From an uncultured Phycisphaerales bacterium (GTDB taxonomy: Bacteria > Planctomycetota > Phycisphaerae > Tepidisphaerales > Tepidisphaeraceae): a stretch of DNA of 64,000 bases. Under the pieces are notes generated by a model. The model did no database searches. It was not told the origin of the DNA and saw only the letters and a program-made list of their open reading frames with translations. Positions 10,348 to 20,613 of the stretch are shown here, piece by piece (the first letter of the stretch is position 1; each line of letters begins with the position of its first letter). Location of the stretch: positions 1,152,001 through 1,216,000 of the forward strand of contig CAVWLP010000002.1 in the NCBI GenBank assembly GCA_963755915.1, written 5' to 3'. A program made the position numbers and the translations under genes.

Positions 10348-10956
10348 ATGGGTGCATGGGAACCGATCCCCGGCGAGACACCGATTGATCCTTCTCAGCT
10401 TGTGCCGTCGCTTAGGCGGACAATCCGCCACCGCTCTGAACTCAATATTCTGGAAGCCCGAAGCATCCGGCCGGCGGTTGTGAAGTATCTGGCGGGGAAG
10501 CCGACGCGCCGGCAGGCGCCCTTTACCCTGGATTGGATTTACAAGTTGCATCGTGAAATGTTTCGCAAGGTGTGGGTGTTTGCCGGGAAGAGAAGAAATC
10601 GGATGCTGAATATTGGGATTGAGGTTTATCAGATTGATCCTCAATTGCGCCAATTGCTGGATGACTTGGCGTACTGGGGGGAACACGAGATCCATGGGAT
10701 GATCGAACAGGCCGCGCGTCTGCATCATCGTGCAGTGCAAATCCATCCGTTTGAGAACGGCAATGGTCGATGGTCGCGATTGCTGGCAAATATCTGGTTG
10801 AAGCAAAACGATGAGCCGATCACGGCATGGCCCGATGAAACCATCGGCGATAAGAGTGTGATTCGCGGGAAGTACATTGATGCGGTGCAGGCTGCCGACA
10901 AGGGCGATTACGCCTTGCTGATTGAGTTGCACGAACGGTTTACTCTCAAGGCGTGA
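10348..10956 (+). CDS. Fic-domain protein, mobile mystery protein B-like
   Basis: PGETPID start, ELNILE, LHREMF..VW.FAG, Fic motif HPFENGNGRWSR. Confidence 0.88.
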   Translation: MGAWEPIPGETPIDPSQLVPSLRRTIRHRSELNILEARSIRPAVVKYLAGKPTRRQAPFTLDWIYKLHREMFRKVWVFAGKRRNRMLNIGIEVYQIDPQLRQLLDDLAYWGEHEIHGMIEQAARLHHRAVQIHPFENGNGRWSRLLANIWLKQNDEPITAWPDETIGDKSVIRGKYIDAVQAADKGDYALLIELHERFTLKA

Positions 10957-11037
10957 ATCTACGAGAAAATCGGCCGTCCGGCATGCGGCCAAGTCTCACA
11001 CGGCAGACCGAAACCAAAGGTCCAAGCCAAGCATTTT

Positions 11038-12768
11038 TTACCGGGCTTGCGCACCGACCCACCCTGTCACCACTTTTACAGCCGGCCGCTCATAACCGCT
11101 GACGTCTTGAACCGGAACGTCAAACGGCTGCTCGTTTTTCGCATGATGGGCGACGAAATCGGCGACCTCTTCGGGCCAATTGAATAGCGGTCCCGCGTTC
11201 CACGCCAGCACGGGGTTTGGCGCGGCGCCGATGGTTGGAGGCGGTGTCTGATCGTAGCCGGGCTTGAAGTAATCACCGACCAGATAAACCGCGTGTCCGC
11301 TTTGCAGGGTTTCGGCGATCTGCCGCAGGACTGGCTTGGTTGCGTAAGGGTCGTGAACCGGTTTGTCGAGCAGGTCCATTTTGGCATAAGCCAGGAAATC
11401 AATTCCCGGCAAAGCGACGAATTTTGCCGGGCCTTTGTCATAGCGCTGAAAGGTGATCCCATAAAAGAAGGGCGAAATCACGACGAGATCGCCCTGGTTT
11501 TCGACGCGCGACAGTCGATCGCAGATCAGATCGATGTTGGTCTTGCGCAGGGCGGCATTGTCCCAATTGGCCTCAGCGGTGGCAGCGCAGTAGTAGATTG
11601 CCCCCAGACAGAGAATGATCCGCACGACCGGGGTTTGCGTCGAGGACATCAGCCCATCCACGCAGGCCGCAACCAGCGCCAGCAGCGCCACGTAATACCA
11701 GGGCTGCATGACATAGGAGAGGGAATACAAAAACGCCCAGTAGCCGACGATCCCGACCAGGAGAACGGTGAGGTGATAGGTCAGCACATCTTTGCGAAAA
11801 TCGCTCGGGCCGAAGGAGTTGGGAGGATCGGCGGGGGCCGGCACAGTGGACCGACTGCGGCCAATTCGCAGCAGCGTCAAAACTCCAACCACGAGCGCGG
11901 CGAAGAACGCCGCTTCCCAGATTCGATCGTTGTGCGTATTTCTCAAAACCGGGTTCATTGAGTCATAGCCGACAGCCTCGACGAATTTGAAAATGAACCA
12001 CGACAAGCTCGGCGCATGCTGCCAGGTGCTGCGATATCCAGCGGTGCGGGCTAACAACACATGATACGGCACCATGGAAACAGCACAGACCAGCCCGATG
12101 CTTCCGATGAGCAGCACCCGCTTCAATTTCCGATGCCGCAGCGCCACGATCGCCGCGCCGCAGCAGATGGCGAACAGGATGACGCTGTTATAAAAAAGGA
12201 CCTGCACGCCGGCGAGGGCGGTGAGCGAAGCGAGGGCGACGCGCGGCGCAGTCGGGCGAGTGGCCACATCCCACATGAATCCCAGCGTGAGAAGCCCGAG
12301 CAATATCCCCAGCCCATAGGCTCGAATGGAATCGCCGTCGTAGACGAAAGCGCTGGTGAAGCCAAGCAGCGCCAGCATGGCGATGGGCGCAGGCAGGCGA
12401 AACCGCCGCGCGTTGGCCCAGATCGTGGCCAGTATTCCCAGCCCGATCAGAAGGCCGAAGAGGCGAATCCCGCGATCGCTCGTGCCAATTCCGCTGCGAA
12501 TCCAGACGCGGAGGATGAGATGCCAGAGCAGGGGGAACGAATCGTATTGAAGATTATTGATGACGTCGGAAATCGTGGGGCTGTTGCAGAGATTGACGCT
12601 GGTGATTTCATCGCGCCAGAGTCCTCCGGCGTGGAGAAAAAACCGGAGGTGAAAAACGATCCAGGCCAGCGTTAGCGCCCCCGCCAGGCACCATTCAAAA
12701 ACCGCGGCAAAGCGCGAGAGCGTGAATTTTCTTCCGTGCGGGTTTGGGGCAAGGGAAACCTGATTCAT
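11038..12768 (-). CDS. polytopic membrane protein, GT-C/PMT-like glycosyltransferase
   Basis: TM followed by GLWRDE acidic motif, PLLWHLIL, IRAYGL, about 11 hydrophobic segments and a C-terminal soluble domain. Confidence 0.65.
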   Translation of the reverse strand: MNQVSLAPNPHGRKFTLSRFAAVFEWCLAGALTLAWIVFHLRFFLHAGGLWRDEITSVNLCNSPTISDVINNLQYDSFPLLWHLILRVWIRSGIGTSDRGIRLFGLLIGLGILATIWANARRFRLPAPIAMLALLGFTSAFVYDGDSIRAYGLGILLGLLTLGFMWDVATRPTAPRVALASLTALAGVQVLFYNSVILFAICCGAAIVALRHRKLKRVLLIGSIGLVCAVSMVPYHVLLARTAGYRSTWQHAPSLSWFIFKFVEAVGYDSMNPVLRNTHNDRIWEAAFFAALVVGVLTLLRIGRSRSTVPAPADPPNSFGPSDFRKDVLTYHLTVLLVGIVGYWAFLYSLSYVMQPWYYVALLALVAACVDGLMSSTQTPVVRIILCLGAIYYCAATAEANWDNAALRKTNIDLICDRLSRVENQGDLVVISPFFYGITFQRYDKGPAKFVALPGIDFLAYAKMDLLDKPVHDPYATKPVLRQIAETLQSGHAVYLVGDYFKPGYDQTPPPTIGAAPNPVLAWNAGPLFNWPEEVADFVAHHAKNEQPFDVPVQDVSGYERPAVKVVTGWVGAQAR

Positions 12769-12783
12769 CGGGGAAATCTTGAA

Positions 12784-12856
12784 AGCGGGCGAAGGGAGTC
12801 GAACCCTCAACATTCGGCTTGGAAAGCCGACACTCTGCCAATTGAGTTACGCCCGC
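12784..12856 (-). tRNA. tRNA-Gly (anticodon TCC), CCA not encoded
   Basis: GCGGGCGTAACTCAATTGGCAGAGTGTCGGCTTTCCAAGCCGAATGTTGAGGGTTCGACTCCCTTCGCCCGCT folds as a cloverleaf with anticodon loop TTTCCAA. Confidence 0.96.
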
Positions 12857-12902
12857 GTTGGGCGGGAAAAGGATACCGGAAGATGGGGGATGAACCAAGA
12901 GA

Positions 12903-12963
12903 GATTGCCGATTGCCGATTGCCAATTGAAATGCAGAAGCTCCTGTCTTTCAATCGGCAATTG
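12903..12963. repeat. heptamer-armed inverted repeat element (ATTGCCG family)
   Basis: gattgccgattgccgattgccaattgaaa...tttcaatcggcaattg. Confidence 0.8.
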
Positions 12964-14530
12964 ATTTGACCCGCCGCCGTCTTCGTGATTCTACTCCCGT
13001 AAACCACGCGGCGATCAGGGCCGCAATCGCCCCCTGCCCCGCCACGCCCAGCCATGCGGATTTCAGGGGATGGTCCAAGGCATTGGCGATGGTTCCCAGC
13101 GGGGAATAGAGGGAAAAGAGATTCATTTTCGGGTCGAGATCGTTGACCCCGTAATAGATCACATCCGCCACGATCGGCAGGAACCAGAGCACGACAATGA
13201 TGATGAAAATGAGAATCCCCGCCCGACTGATCGCCGGCGAAAAAATGCGCAGCAGCAGGTAGGTTTCAATCAGATAGATCCCACAGGCCGAGGCGATCAT
13301 GGCCACGCTTTGGTTCACCGGGACGACGGGGATTCGCACCGAGGGAGGCGCCGGCGCGGCCACCGGGGGCAGAGTGATGGTCCGCGTGTAGACCCGGCCG
13401 TTGGAAATGCGGGTCGTCGCATAAACCGTCTGCGGCATATTCTGGAAGGAGAAGGATGTGAGGATGCTTGACTCATAGCTGGAGGTGAGGGGAATCATGA
13501 CGAATAAAAGTGAGACGGGCAGGCAGAGCCAGAGATTGCCGGGACGGGGAAGATTTTTGTCGCCCTCGTTCTGCCGCTGGGCGCGTGCGGCGTTGACGTG
13601 GGCGACGGCCCCCAGCGGCAGGATAGCCACGAGCATCGAGGTCGCCATCGCCCCCACGACCAGCACGCGCCATGCGATCGACTGATATTCCAGCATGACG
13701 GGCCGGAGGTCATGGAAGTCGTAGATTCCAAACCAGGAGAGCCCGGCCCAGATTCCCAGCGCCGCCAGCGCCGGGGCGAGGGTGAGCCCGATGGCGGCGG
13801 CATCGGCATATTTTCTCGCGGCCCCGCGGATACAAAGGATCGCCACCAGCCCCTGCGCAGCGAGCGCGACGAGGGTGCCCGGGGTAAGCTGTGGCGGGAC
13901 GCCGAAATCAAAAATCGTGTGGCCGTGCATGGGCGAGCAGAAGACCAGCAGTCCCGGCGCGATGACGAAAATAAACCCTCCCGAAAACGCGATGCCCATG
14001 ACCAGCGCGATCATCAACCCAACCACGGCGCGCGAAACGAACGCCGATGCCGCCATCGCCGTCCAGATCGACAGCGAGAATCCCAGCAGCATCGCGTTGG
14101 AGATGAGCCACGGCTGAACCGGAATTCCGCGAGCCTCGAAGAGAATGGCGCCGATCGCGAAATTGATCAGGCAGAGCGTCAGAATCTGCACGGTGGTCCC
14201 GGCGAGATATCCAACGATCGCCTGCACCGGGGAAAGGGGCATGAGGCGGTGCGATTCGATCAGATGATTGGTGATGTCGCGGCGCAGTGCCCCGGCCACG
14301 ATGTTGCCGCCCAGGATCACCAGGAAGACGCACTGGACGATCAGGTCCATGAATGAGGCGCCCTCGAGCACCTGCATTTTTTCGCCCGGACGGTCGGCGA
14401 GCTGGTAGAAGAGCTCGATGAAGAAGGCGGCGCCAAGCGTGTATGCGATCGAAGTAAGCAGCAGGTTCCTTAATCCGCCGCGGAGGCGGAACTGCGCCCA
14501 GGAGATCGCGTTGTCGACGTACAGAGCCAT
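12950..14530 (-). CDS. multi-TM membrane protein, probable ABC-2 type permease
   Basis: Translationally coupled to ABC ATPase; ALRRDITNHLIESHRLMPLSPVQAIVG resembles the ABC-2 permease loop; about 12 TMs. Confidence 0.7.
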   Translation of the reverse strand: MALYVDNAISWAQFRLRGGLRNLLLTSIAYTLGAAFFIELFYQLADRPGEKMQVLEGASFMDLIVQCVFLVILGGNIVAGALRRDITNHLIESHRLMPLSPVQAIVGYLAGTTVQILTLCLINFAIGAILFEARGIPVQPWLISNAMLLGFSLSIWTAMAASAFVSRAVVGLMIALVMGIAFSGGFIFVIAPGLLVFCSPMHGHTIFDFGVPPQLTPGTLVALAAQGLVAILCIRGAARKYADAAAIGLTLAPALAALGIWAGLSWFGIYDFHDLRPVMLEYQSIAWRVLVVGAMATSMLVAILPLGAVAHVNAARAQRQNEGDKNLPRPGNLWLCLPVSLLFVMIPLTSSYESSILTSFSFQNMPQTVYATTRISNGRVYTRTITLPPVAAPAPPSVRIPVVPVNQSVAMIASACGIYLIETYLLLRIFSPAISRAGILIFIIIVVLWFLPIVADVIYYGVNDLDPKMNLFSLYSPLGTIANALDHPLKSAWLGVAGQGAIAALIAAWFTGVESRRRRRVKSIAD

Positions 14531-15477
14531 TATTCCACCTGGCGGATTTGAGAGCGGAGATACGTTTCTTCAAGATTGCCGGCATTGGCGCTGAAGCCGG
14601 CGACGGGGATGCCCAGGCTCATCAGCGACGCCAGCAGAGAGGCCGCCTCGTCGCGGGTGATGCCGAATTCGAGCACGACGCGATCGGAATCGGCCTCGAC
14701 ATGCGAGGCGCCGGGGATTTTTGCGACCGCGGCCGCAAGCTGCGGAAAAGGGTGGGCGAGCAAAACGGTGTATCGGCAGCGATCGCCATGGGCCGCCTGG
14801 GAAACTTCCGTCACGGTGCCGCACCGGGTCATCCGGCCTCCGGACATAATGCCGATGTGCGTGCAGTATTCATCCATGTCCGAAAGGATGTGGCTGGAGA
14901 CGATCAGGGCCTTCCCCTGGTCGCGAAGATTGGCCAGAAGCTGGCGGAACTGCGCCCGCCCGGCGGGATCAAGGCCGGCGGCCGGTTCGTCGAGGAGGAT
15001 CACCGAAGGATTAGGCAGCAGTGTCCGCGCAATGCCGACGCGCTGGCGCATGCCGCGGGAGAGCTGCTTGATTTTCTGGTCGGCCTTCTCGCTGAGCCAG
15101 ACTTTTTCCAGCCAGAAACCGATTCGCTCGTTGATTTCGGAGGTGGAAAGATCGTAGCCCATGCCGACGAAGTGCAGAAACTGGCGCACCGTGAGGTTGT
15201 CGTACATGGGCGGCGTGTCGGGCGTGAACCCGACGTGGCGGAGCACGTCTCGCGCTCCGTTCAGCGGTGAGCCCAGGATCTGAATCGCGCCGCAGCGAAT
15301 GGGCTGAAGCCCGACGGCGGCGCGCATCAGGGTGGTTTTGCCGGCGCCGTTGGGACCGATCAGGCCCAGGAGGTTTCCGCCGTGAAGTCGCAGTGAGACG
15401 TCGGAAACCGCGCGAAGCGGGCCGAAGGAGACGGAAATGTTTTCCAGCGAAAGTAGGGGTTGGGCGGGGGCGGTCAT
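14530..15477 (-). CDS. ABC transporter ATP-binding protein
   Basis: GPNGAGKTT, LSRGMRQR, ILLDEP, SSH; start taken at MTAPAQP (ATG 15477). Confidence 0.95.
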   Translation of the reverse strand: MTAPAQPLLSLENISVSFGPLRAVSDVSLRLHGGNLLGLIGPNGAGKTTLMRAAVGLQPIRCGAIQILGSPLNGARDVLRHVGFTPDTPPMYDNLTVRQFLHFVGMGYDLSTSEINERIGFWLEKVWLSEKADQKIKQLSRGMRQRVGIARTLLPNPSVILLDEPAAGLDPAGRAQFRQLLANLRDQGKALIVSSHILSDMDEYCTHIGIMSGGRMTRCGTVTEVSQAAHGDRCRYTVLLAHPFPQLAAAVAKIPGASHVEADSDRVVLEFGITRDEAASLLASLMSLGIPVAGFSANAGNLEETYLRSQIRQVE

Positions 15478-15520
15478 TGAGTGGGAGGGTATTGTAGTAA
15501 AGACGGAGCGGGGGAAGAAA

Positions 15521-15605
15521 GATTGCCGATTGCCGATTGCCAATTGCCGAATGAAAAGGCGCCGATCCGTTTTGCATTCGGCAATTGGCAATCGGCAATC
15601 GGCAT
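15521..15605. repeat. heptamer-armed inverted repeat element (ATTGCCG family)
   Basis: gattgccgattgccgattgccaattgccgaatgaaaa...ttttgcattcggcaattggcaatcggcaatcggcat. Confidence 0.85.
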
Positions 15606-15639
15606 TTCGTTTCGCGTTTCTTCCCCTTACACTCCCGCC

Positions 15640-16443
15640 GTGCCGATCGATTTCTCGCCTTATCAAGCGGTCTTGCTGGACCTTGACGGAACGGTTTACC
15701 ACGAAAGCCAGGCGTTGCCGGGGGCGATGCCGCTGATTCGGCGGCTGCAGGAGCAGCGCAAGAATTACGCCTGCCTTTCCAACAGCACGTCGAGCCCCAT
15801 GCGGGTGACGATGCGGCTGGCGGAGATGGGCGTGGAGGTGGATCTCGACCGCGTCTATACCGCGGCGGCAGCGGCAGCGGATTACGTCATCACGCACATC
15901 AGGCCGCCCGACCATCCCCGGCCGCGGGTGTTTAACCTGGCGACCGAGGGCTTGCAGGAAATGCTGGAGGGGATGGTCGACTGGGTGCAGTCGGAGCACC
16001 AGCCGTGCGACGCGGTGGTGATCGGCGCCCCGGCCAATTCGCATGCCACGTTCGAGCGGCAGTTCTCGGCGCTACAACTTCTGAGGAAGGGGGCGGTGGC
16101 GGTGGGGATTTGCTCCGACCGGGTCTATCCAAGCGAGCGCGGGATCGAATTCGGCAGCGGCGCGCTCACCTGGCAGCTCGCCTATGCGGCCAACGTCGAT
16201 CCGGTTTTCTGCGGCAAGCCGCAGTCGATTTTTTTCACGGAGCTTTGCCGGCGGCTGAACGTGCAGCCGGATTGGTGCATCCTGATTGGAGATAACCTGG
16301 AATCGGACATCGAAGGGGCGAAAGCAGTGGGGATGCGGACGGTGCTGACGCTGACGGGCGTGGCGCGGAGTGCCGACCTGGTGAATCTTCCGGCGCAGTG
16401 GCAGCCGGATTTGGTGGTGCAGGATTTGACGGAGCTGCTGTGA
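15640..16443 (+). CDS. HAD-IIA family hydrolase (NagD-like)
   Basis: LLDLDGTVY, LSNS, CGKPQ, IGDNLESDIEGA, TLTGV. Confidence 0.92.
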   Translation: MPIDFSPYQAVLLDLDGTVYHESQALPGAMPLIRRLQEQRKNYACLSNSTSSPMRVTMRLAEMGVEVDLDRVYTAAAAAADYVITHIRPPDHPRPRVFNLATEGLQEMLEGMVDWVQSEHQPCDAVVIGAPANSHATFERQFSALQLLRKGAVAVGICSDRVYPSERGIEFGSGALTWQLAYAANVDPVFCGKPQSIFFTELCRRLNVQPDWCILIGDNLESDIEGAKAVGMRTVLTLTGVARSADLVNLPAQWQPDLVVQDLTELL

Positions 16444-16672
16444 TTTTTTTTGCGCCGTCCCATCGATTACAAAACTTGACACTCCGCAACAAAATGGGGG
16501 TTTTGGGCAATCTGGGAAGAATTTGGATAAGAAAGCCGAATTCTGACGATTTTTGCAACTCTGATGGGGATAGCCGCATTTCAGATGTGTATCCCGGCGT
16601 AATGATTTGTGGTCGAATCATGCGCTAACCAAATCTTTAAATTTCTGTGGACATTTCAGAGGAGGGTTTGCC

Positions 16673-19084
16673 ATGGCAAAGCAACGCCGCCCTGTTTTTG
16701 CGGAGACGCTCGAAGCGCGCATTTTGATGTCGAGTTATGTGCTGAGCGATCCACTGCTGGCCAATGTTTCGGGGCAGATTGGTATCGGCGATGTGATCGC
16801 GGATTCGGCCGGGAATGTGTACGGGACTGTGACCACGGCAAACGGCGCGACGGATATTTTCGAGGTTGCCGCCGGCACACACACCATGACCACGCTGGCT
16901 TCGATCGACGAAACCTACGTTGGCGATTTGATGGTGGATTCGCAGGGGAATATTTACGGCGCCACCGGGTCGAACAACTACACTGTCAGCAGCGTCTCCA
17001 GCGTCTTTGAAATCGCCGCGGGTTCGCATCAGTTCCAAACCCTGGCGACGATTCCCAGCGAAGATGGCATCGGACCGGCCGGGCTTGTCTTAGACTCCTC
17101 CGGCAATATTTACGGCATTACTTATGAGAGCAGCCTATTGGGTAATGCCACCTTGTTTAAAATCGCCGAGGGGACGCATCAATTCTCGGTGGTGGTGAAC
17201 TTCGAATTTGTGTTCGATGGGATACAGGCGCCCTACCCGTGCCTGGCGGTCGATGGCGCCGGGAATATCTATGGGCTGGCCAGTCAGACCGGGGATACGA
17301 ACAACCTGATGGTTTACGAGGTGCCGGCGGGGTCGAATACGCCCGACGTGCTGCAGACCATCCCCGCCTCCGAGGCGAGTTGGCCGAATGCGGGGCTGGT
17401 CGTCGATGCCCAGGGGAATCTTTATGGAACGACGCAAAACGGCGGGTACGGCTGGACGGGAAATCAACTCTCGGGAGATGCGCCCAGCGAGCCGACGGGC
17501 GATGGGACGATTTTTGAAATTGCCGCCGGAACGCATCAATTTTCGGTGCTCGCTCAATTTGACGGAACCAATGGCAGCGAGCCGTACGGCGGATTGGCCA
17601 TCGATTCCAACGGAGATCTCTTCGGGACCACGCAATTTTCAGGCTCGATTGCAACGGATGGCTCGGTATTTGAATTGCCGGCGGGAAGCCAGACGATCAC
17701 GACGATCGCGTGGTTTAACAGCACAGATGAGCCGGCGGGCGACTTTTCCGTTGATTCAAATGGGAACCTCTATGGCTCATCGGGGGCGGGGGTATTTGAA
17801 TTGAGTCCCCAGGCGACAGCAGCGAACAAACTGGTCTTCATCGATCAGCCCGCGGGCGGCTTCGACAGCATTTCCAGGTATCAGGCGATGCCGCCCATCA
17901 CGGTGGCGATCGAGGATGCCAACGGCAACGTGGATACGGACTTCAATGGCCTTGTGACTTTGGGAATCGAAAGCGGGCCGTCGGGAGCGGTACTTGGCGG
18001 AACGCTGACGGTGGCGGCCGTGAATGGCCTCGCGACGTTTACCTTTATCGCCGAGGCAACCCCAGGGAAGTATACGCTCGATGCGTCCAGTGCCGGGTTC
18101 GTCGCCAACAGCGGAGTGTCGGCAAGCTTCAGCGTCACCGGCATCAGTTCGATCGACGAAGCAAACATGAATGTCATCAGCGGGTGGGTGTTTGATCCGA
18201 ACAACCCCAGCGCTGAACTCAATATTGAGATCGATATCCTTGGCGGACTGTCGCAAACGATCAGTGCGGACCTGGACCGTCCCGACATCACGTCGGTGAC
18301 GGCGGGTTATGCGGATCACGGCTTCACCTATACGACCCCGATGCTCAGCACGGGGGACCACACGGCGTATGTTTATGCGATCCTGAGCGACGGATCGAAG
18401 GTGCTGATCGGAACCGAGACGCTGGTGAGCCAGAACTCGCTGTTCGACGAGCACTATTACCTGGAAAAGTATCCGAACGTCGCGGCAGCGGTGGCGGCCG
18501 GGCAGTACGCCACGGGGTACGACCAATATGTGAAATATGGGCAGTATGAGGGGTACAGCCCATCGCCCTTCTGGAACGAAACGTGGTATTTGCTCGAAAA
18601 CCCCGACGTGTCGCTGGCGGTGGTAACGGGGAAAGTCAGTTCGGGCTTCATGCAATATTATCTGTACGGCCAGTACGAAAACCGCGGCGGGCTGCTTTAT
18701 TTCAATTCGGGTTACTACTTGTCGCTCTATTCCAACATTGGGGCTGCGATCTCGGCAGGGACCGTAACCTCGGCTTATGAGCATTACGTGGATTTCGGGC
18801 AGTATGAGGGGTACAGCCCGATGATCTATTTTTTGCCGGCGGTTTACGATGCGGATAATCAGGACATCGCCCCTTACGTGAGCGGGGAGCCGTTCACGTC
18901 GGACTTCGAGCAGTTCCTGGAGTATGGACAATTCGAAGGCCGGGTGGCGTCATATTATTACAACGAGCAGACGTACCTGGCGAACAATGCGGATGTGGCC
19001 GCGGCAGTGGAGGCAGGGGTTTTTGCGGATGGGTTTATTCAGTGGCTGGAGTATGGGCAGTATGAGGGAAGGATATCGGTGTGA
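16673..19084 (+). CDS. planctomycete surface protein: LEPRxLL-type leader, beta-propeller-like tandem repeats, Ig-like region, C-terminal FxExYYL repeats
   Basis: GGAGG RBS; ETLEARILMS; seven repeats of the L.vDs.GN.YG type; four FDEHYYLEKYPNVAAAV...YGQYEG-type repeats. Confidence 0.8.
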   Translation: MAKQRRPVFAETLEARILMSSYVLSDPLLANVSGQIGIGDVIADSAGNVYGTVTTANGATDIFEVAAGTHTMTTLASIDETYVGDLMVDSQGNIYGATGSNNYTVSSVSSVFEIAAGSHQFQTLATIPSEDGIGPAGLVLDSSGNIYGITYESSLLGNATLFKIAEGTHQFSVVVNFEFVFDGIQAPYPCLAVDGAGNIYGLASQTGDTNNLMVYEVPAGSNTPDVLQTIPASEASWPNAGLVVDAQGNLYGTTQNGGYGWTGNQLSGDAPSEPTGDGTIFEIAAGTHQFSVLAQFDGTNGSEPYGGLAIDSNGDLFGTTQFSGSIATDGSVFELPAGSQTITTIAWFNSTDEPAGDFSVDSNGNLYGSSGAGVFELSPQATAANKLVFIDQPAGGFDSISRYQAMPPITVAIEDANGNVDTDFNGLVTLGIESGPSGAVLGGTLTVAAVNGLATFTFIAEATPGKYTLDASSAGFVANSGVSASFSVTGISSIDEANMNVISGWVFDPNNPSAELNIEIDILGGLSQTISADLDRPDITSVTAGYADHGFTYTTPMLSTGDHTAYVYAILSDGSKVLIGTETLVSQNSLFDEHYYLEKYPNVAAAVAAGQYATGYDQYVKYGQYEGYSPSPFWNETWYLLENPDVSLAVVTGKVSSGFMQYYLYGQYENRGGLLYFNSGYYLSLYSNIGAAISAGTVTSAYEHYVDFGQYEGYSPMIYFLPAVYDADNQDIAPYVSGEPFTSDFEQFLEYGQFEGRVASYYYNEQTYLANNADVAAAVEAGVFADGFIQWLEYGQYEGRISV

Positions 19085-19130
19085 TGGGCGGGGGCATTTG
19101 CATCCGAAGTCACCGGATCAAAATTAAGTG

Positions 19131-19483
19131 CTAGGCGCGAATTCGAATTCCAGCTTCATCGACAATCCACAGCGTGCCGGAGAGGGTTTCGCTTGCGAGA
19201 CGATTAACTGCCGATCGCAATAGCTTCAGAACATGGGATTTTGCCTGGATATTTGGACGCAGAACAACGAGGCCGCTGTATTCGGCCGGTGGATATCTCC
19301 AGATGTTAGCGAAGTCCAAATCGAGCGTAACCAAAGCTCGTCCTTCCAACTTGCAGACCTGCGCCAACTTGGAATCGGGTCCACCGCCCATCGCCTGATC
19401 GATTACCGTCAGCGCGTCATGGCTTGCCTGGATGAAGATTTCTGCCGATTCCTGCGGCAGATTCTCATCAATCTTGAATCGCA

Positions 19484-19484
<1 letters not shown>
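19131..19484 (-). CDS. DUF5615 PIN-like toxin
   Basis: MRFKIDENL, HDALTV, RALVTLDLDFA; coupled to DUF433 gene. Confidence 0.88.
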
Positions 19485-19732
<248 letters not shown>

Positions 19733-19771
19733 TCATCGAATGCAAAAAATTGTAAGACCAGGGGCGGAGTG

Positions 19772-20167
19772 TCAATCGCGTTTGAGTTTCGCCCGGTGCT
19801 CCAGCCGTTGGAACACATTTTCGATTTTCGTGAGTGTTCGCACGCTTGGGATAGTCACAGCCCGCTCGGCGCGGTTGAGGACTTCAGCCCGGATCCCAGC
19901 AAGTTTTGCCAATCCGGCCTGCGAAAGCCCCAGGCGCTTGCGGCGCTGAACGATATTTCGGGCGATGGCGGCATCGGCAAACGCCAGCGCGGGGCGATTG
20001 CCTTTCGAGTCGGCGGGGGGTAGCGGGGGCAGTCAGTCGTGTCCGCCGTTCGTTTTCTCTGCTTTCAAGCGAGCCAGTGGAACTTTTGTAGAAGCGATTT
20101 TGAGCCAATCGGATTCCGGAACCAGCACGAAGTTTCGATGGTTGAGAACGATTTTGGTTGCCGTCAT
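19772..20167 (-). pseudogene. XRE-family antitoxin with in-frame TGA at codon 45 (not in ORF track)
   Basis: GGAG RBS; MTATKIVLNHRNFVLVPESDWLKI...GGHD*LPPLPPADSKGNRPALAFADAAIARNIVQRRKRLGLSQAGLAKLAGIRAEVLNRAER...PSVRTLTKIE; TGA at 20035-20033. Confidence 0.8.
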
Positions 20168-20179
20168 ATCTACTCCTGA

Positions 20180-20432
20180 TCAGTCATAAACGTCGCGGCG
20201 GTTGCCGATTTTCCATACGGTCACGACATCGCCGCTTACACGGAAGACAATCCGGTAATCACCCGTGGCGAACCCGAAAATGTCCGGCCAACTCGCCCCG
20301 CATCGGCTTGGCGCCGCTGACATCGGGCCAATTAACCAGTCGCTCAAATACGGAACGCACTCTTCTCTGGATCGGCAAGGGCAATCGCTCAAACCGAGCC
20401 TGTGCTTCAGCCGTAATGATGAGCTGGGCCAT
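20180..20432 (-). pseudogene. RelE/ParE-family toxin, frameshifted near 20266
   Basis: MAQLIITAEAQARFERLP...AKPMRGELAGHFRVR joins TGDYRIVFRVSGDVVTVWKIGNRRDVYD after removing one C. Confidence 0.85.
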
Positions 20433-20437
20433 CGCAT

Positions 20438-20472
20438 AATGGATAATAGGAGCATTGACTTTCGAGTCAATG
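20438..20472 (-). promoter_or_regulatory. relE promoter with palindromic operator
   Basis: Perfect palindrome CATTGACT-N4-AGTCAATG at 20453-20472 containing TTGACT, with TATTAT 16 nt downstream on the minus strand. Confidence 0.65.
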
Positions 20473-20613
20473 GCAAGTGGTCGATCCAAATTTCCGAGAC
20501 GCCGTCTCGGGAATCCGGCCAGGCGTCAGTCGGACGGCGTTCGCAGTGGAATCCGCAGTGAAACCGAAACCACTCTTGGTTGGGGAGTGTTCCCTCTTGT
20601 ACCCGACCCGCAA

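Noticed and set aside
9800-12856. Integrative island at tRNA-Gly
   Set aside because: No integrase, and I found no duplicated tRNA 3' end
14530-16044. N-terminal extensions of ORF-track calls reading ADCRLPIA / QLAIGNRQS
   Set aside because: These are translations of the intergenic heptamer repeats; real starts lie downstream (15477, 15640, 20979)
20033-20035. In-frame TGA as selenocysteine
   Set aside because: It lies in a variable linker of an HTH antitoxin with no redox motif, and I see no convincing SECIS-like hairpin right after it
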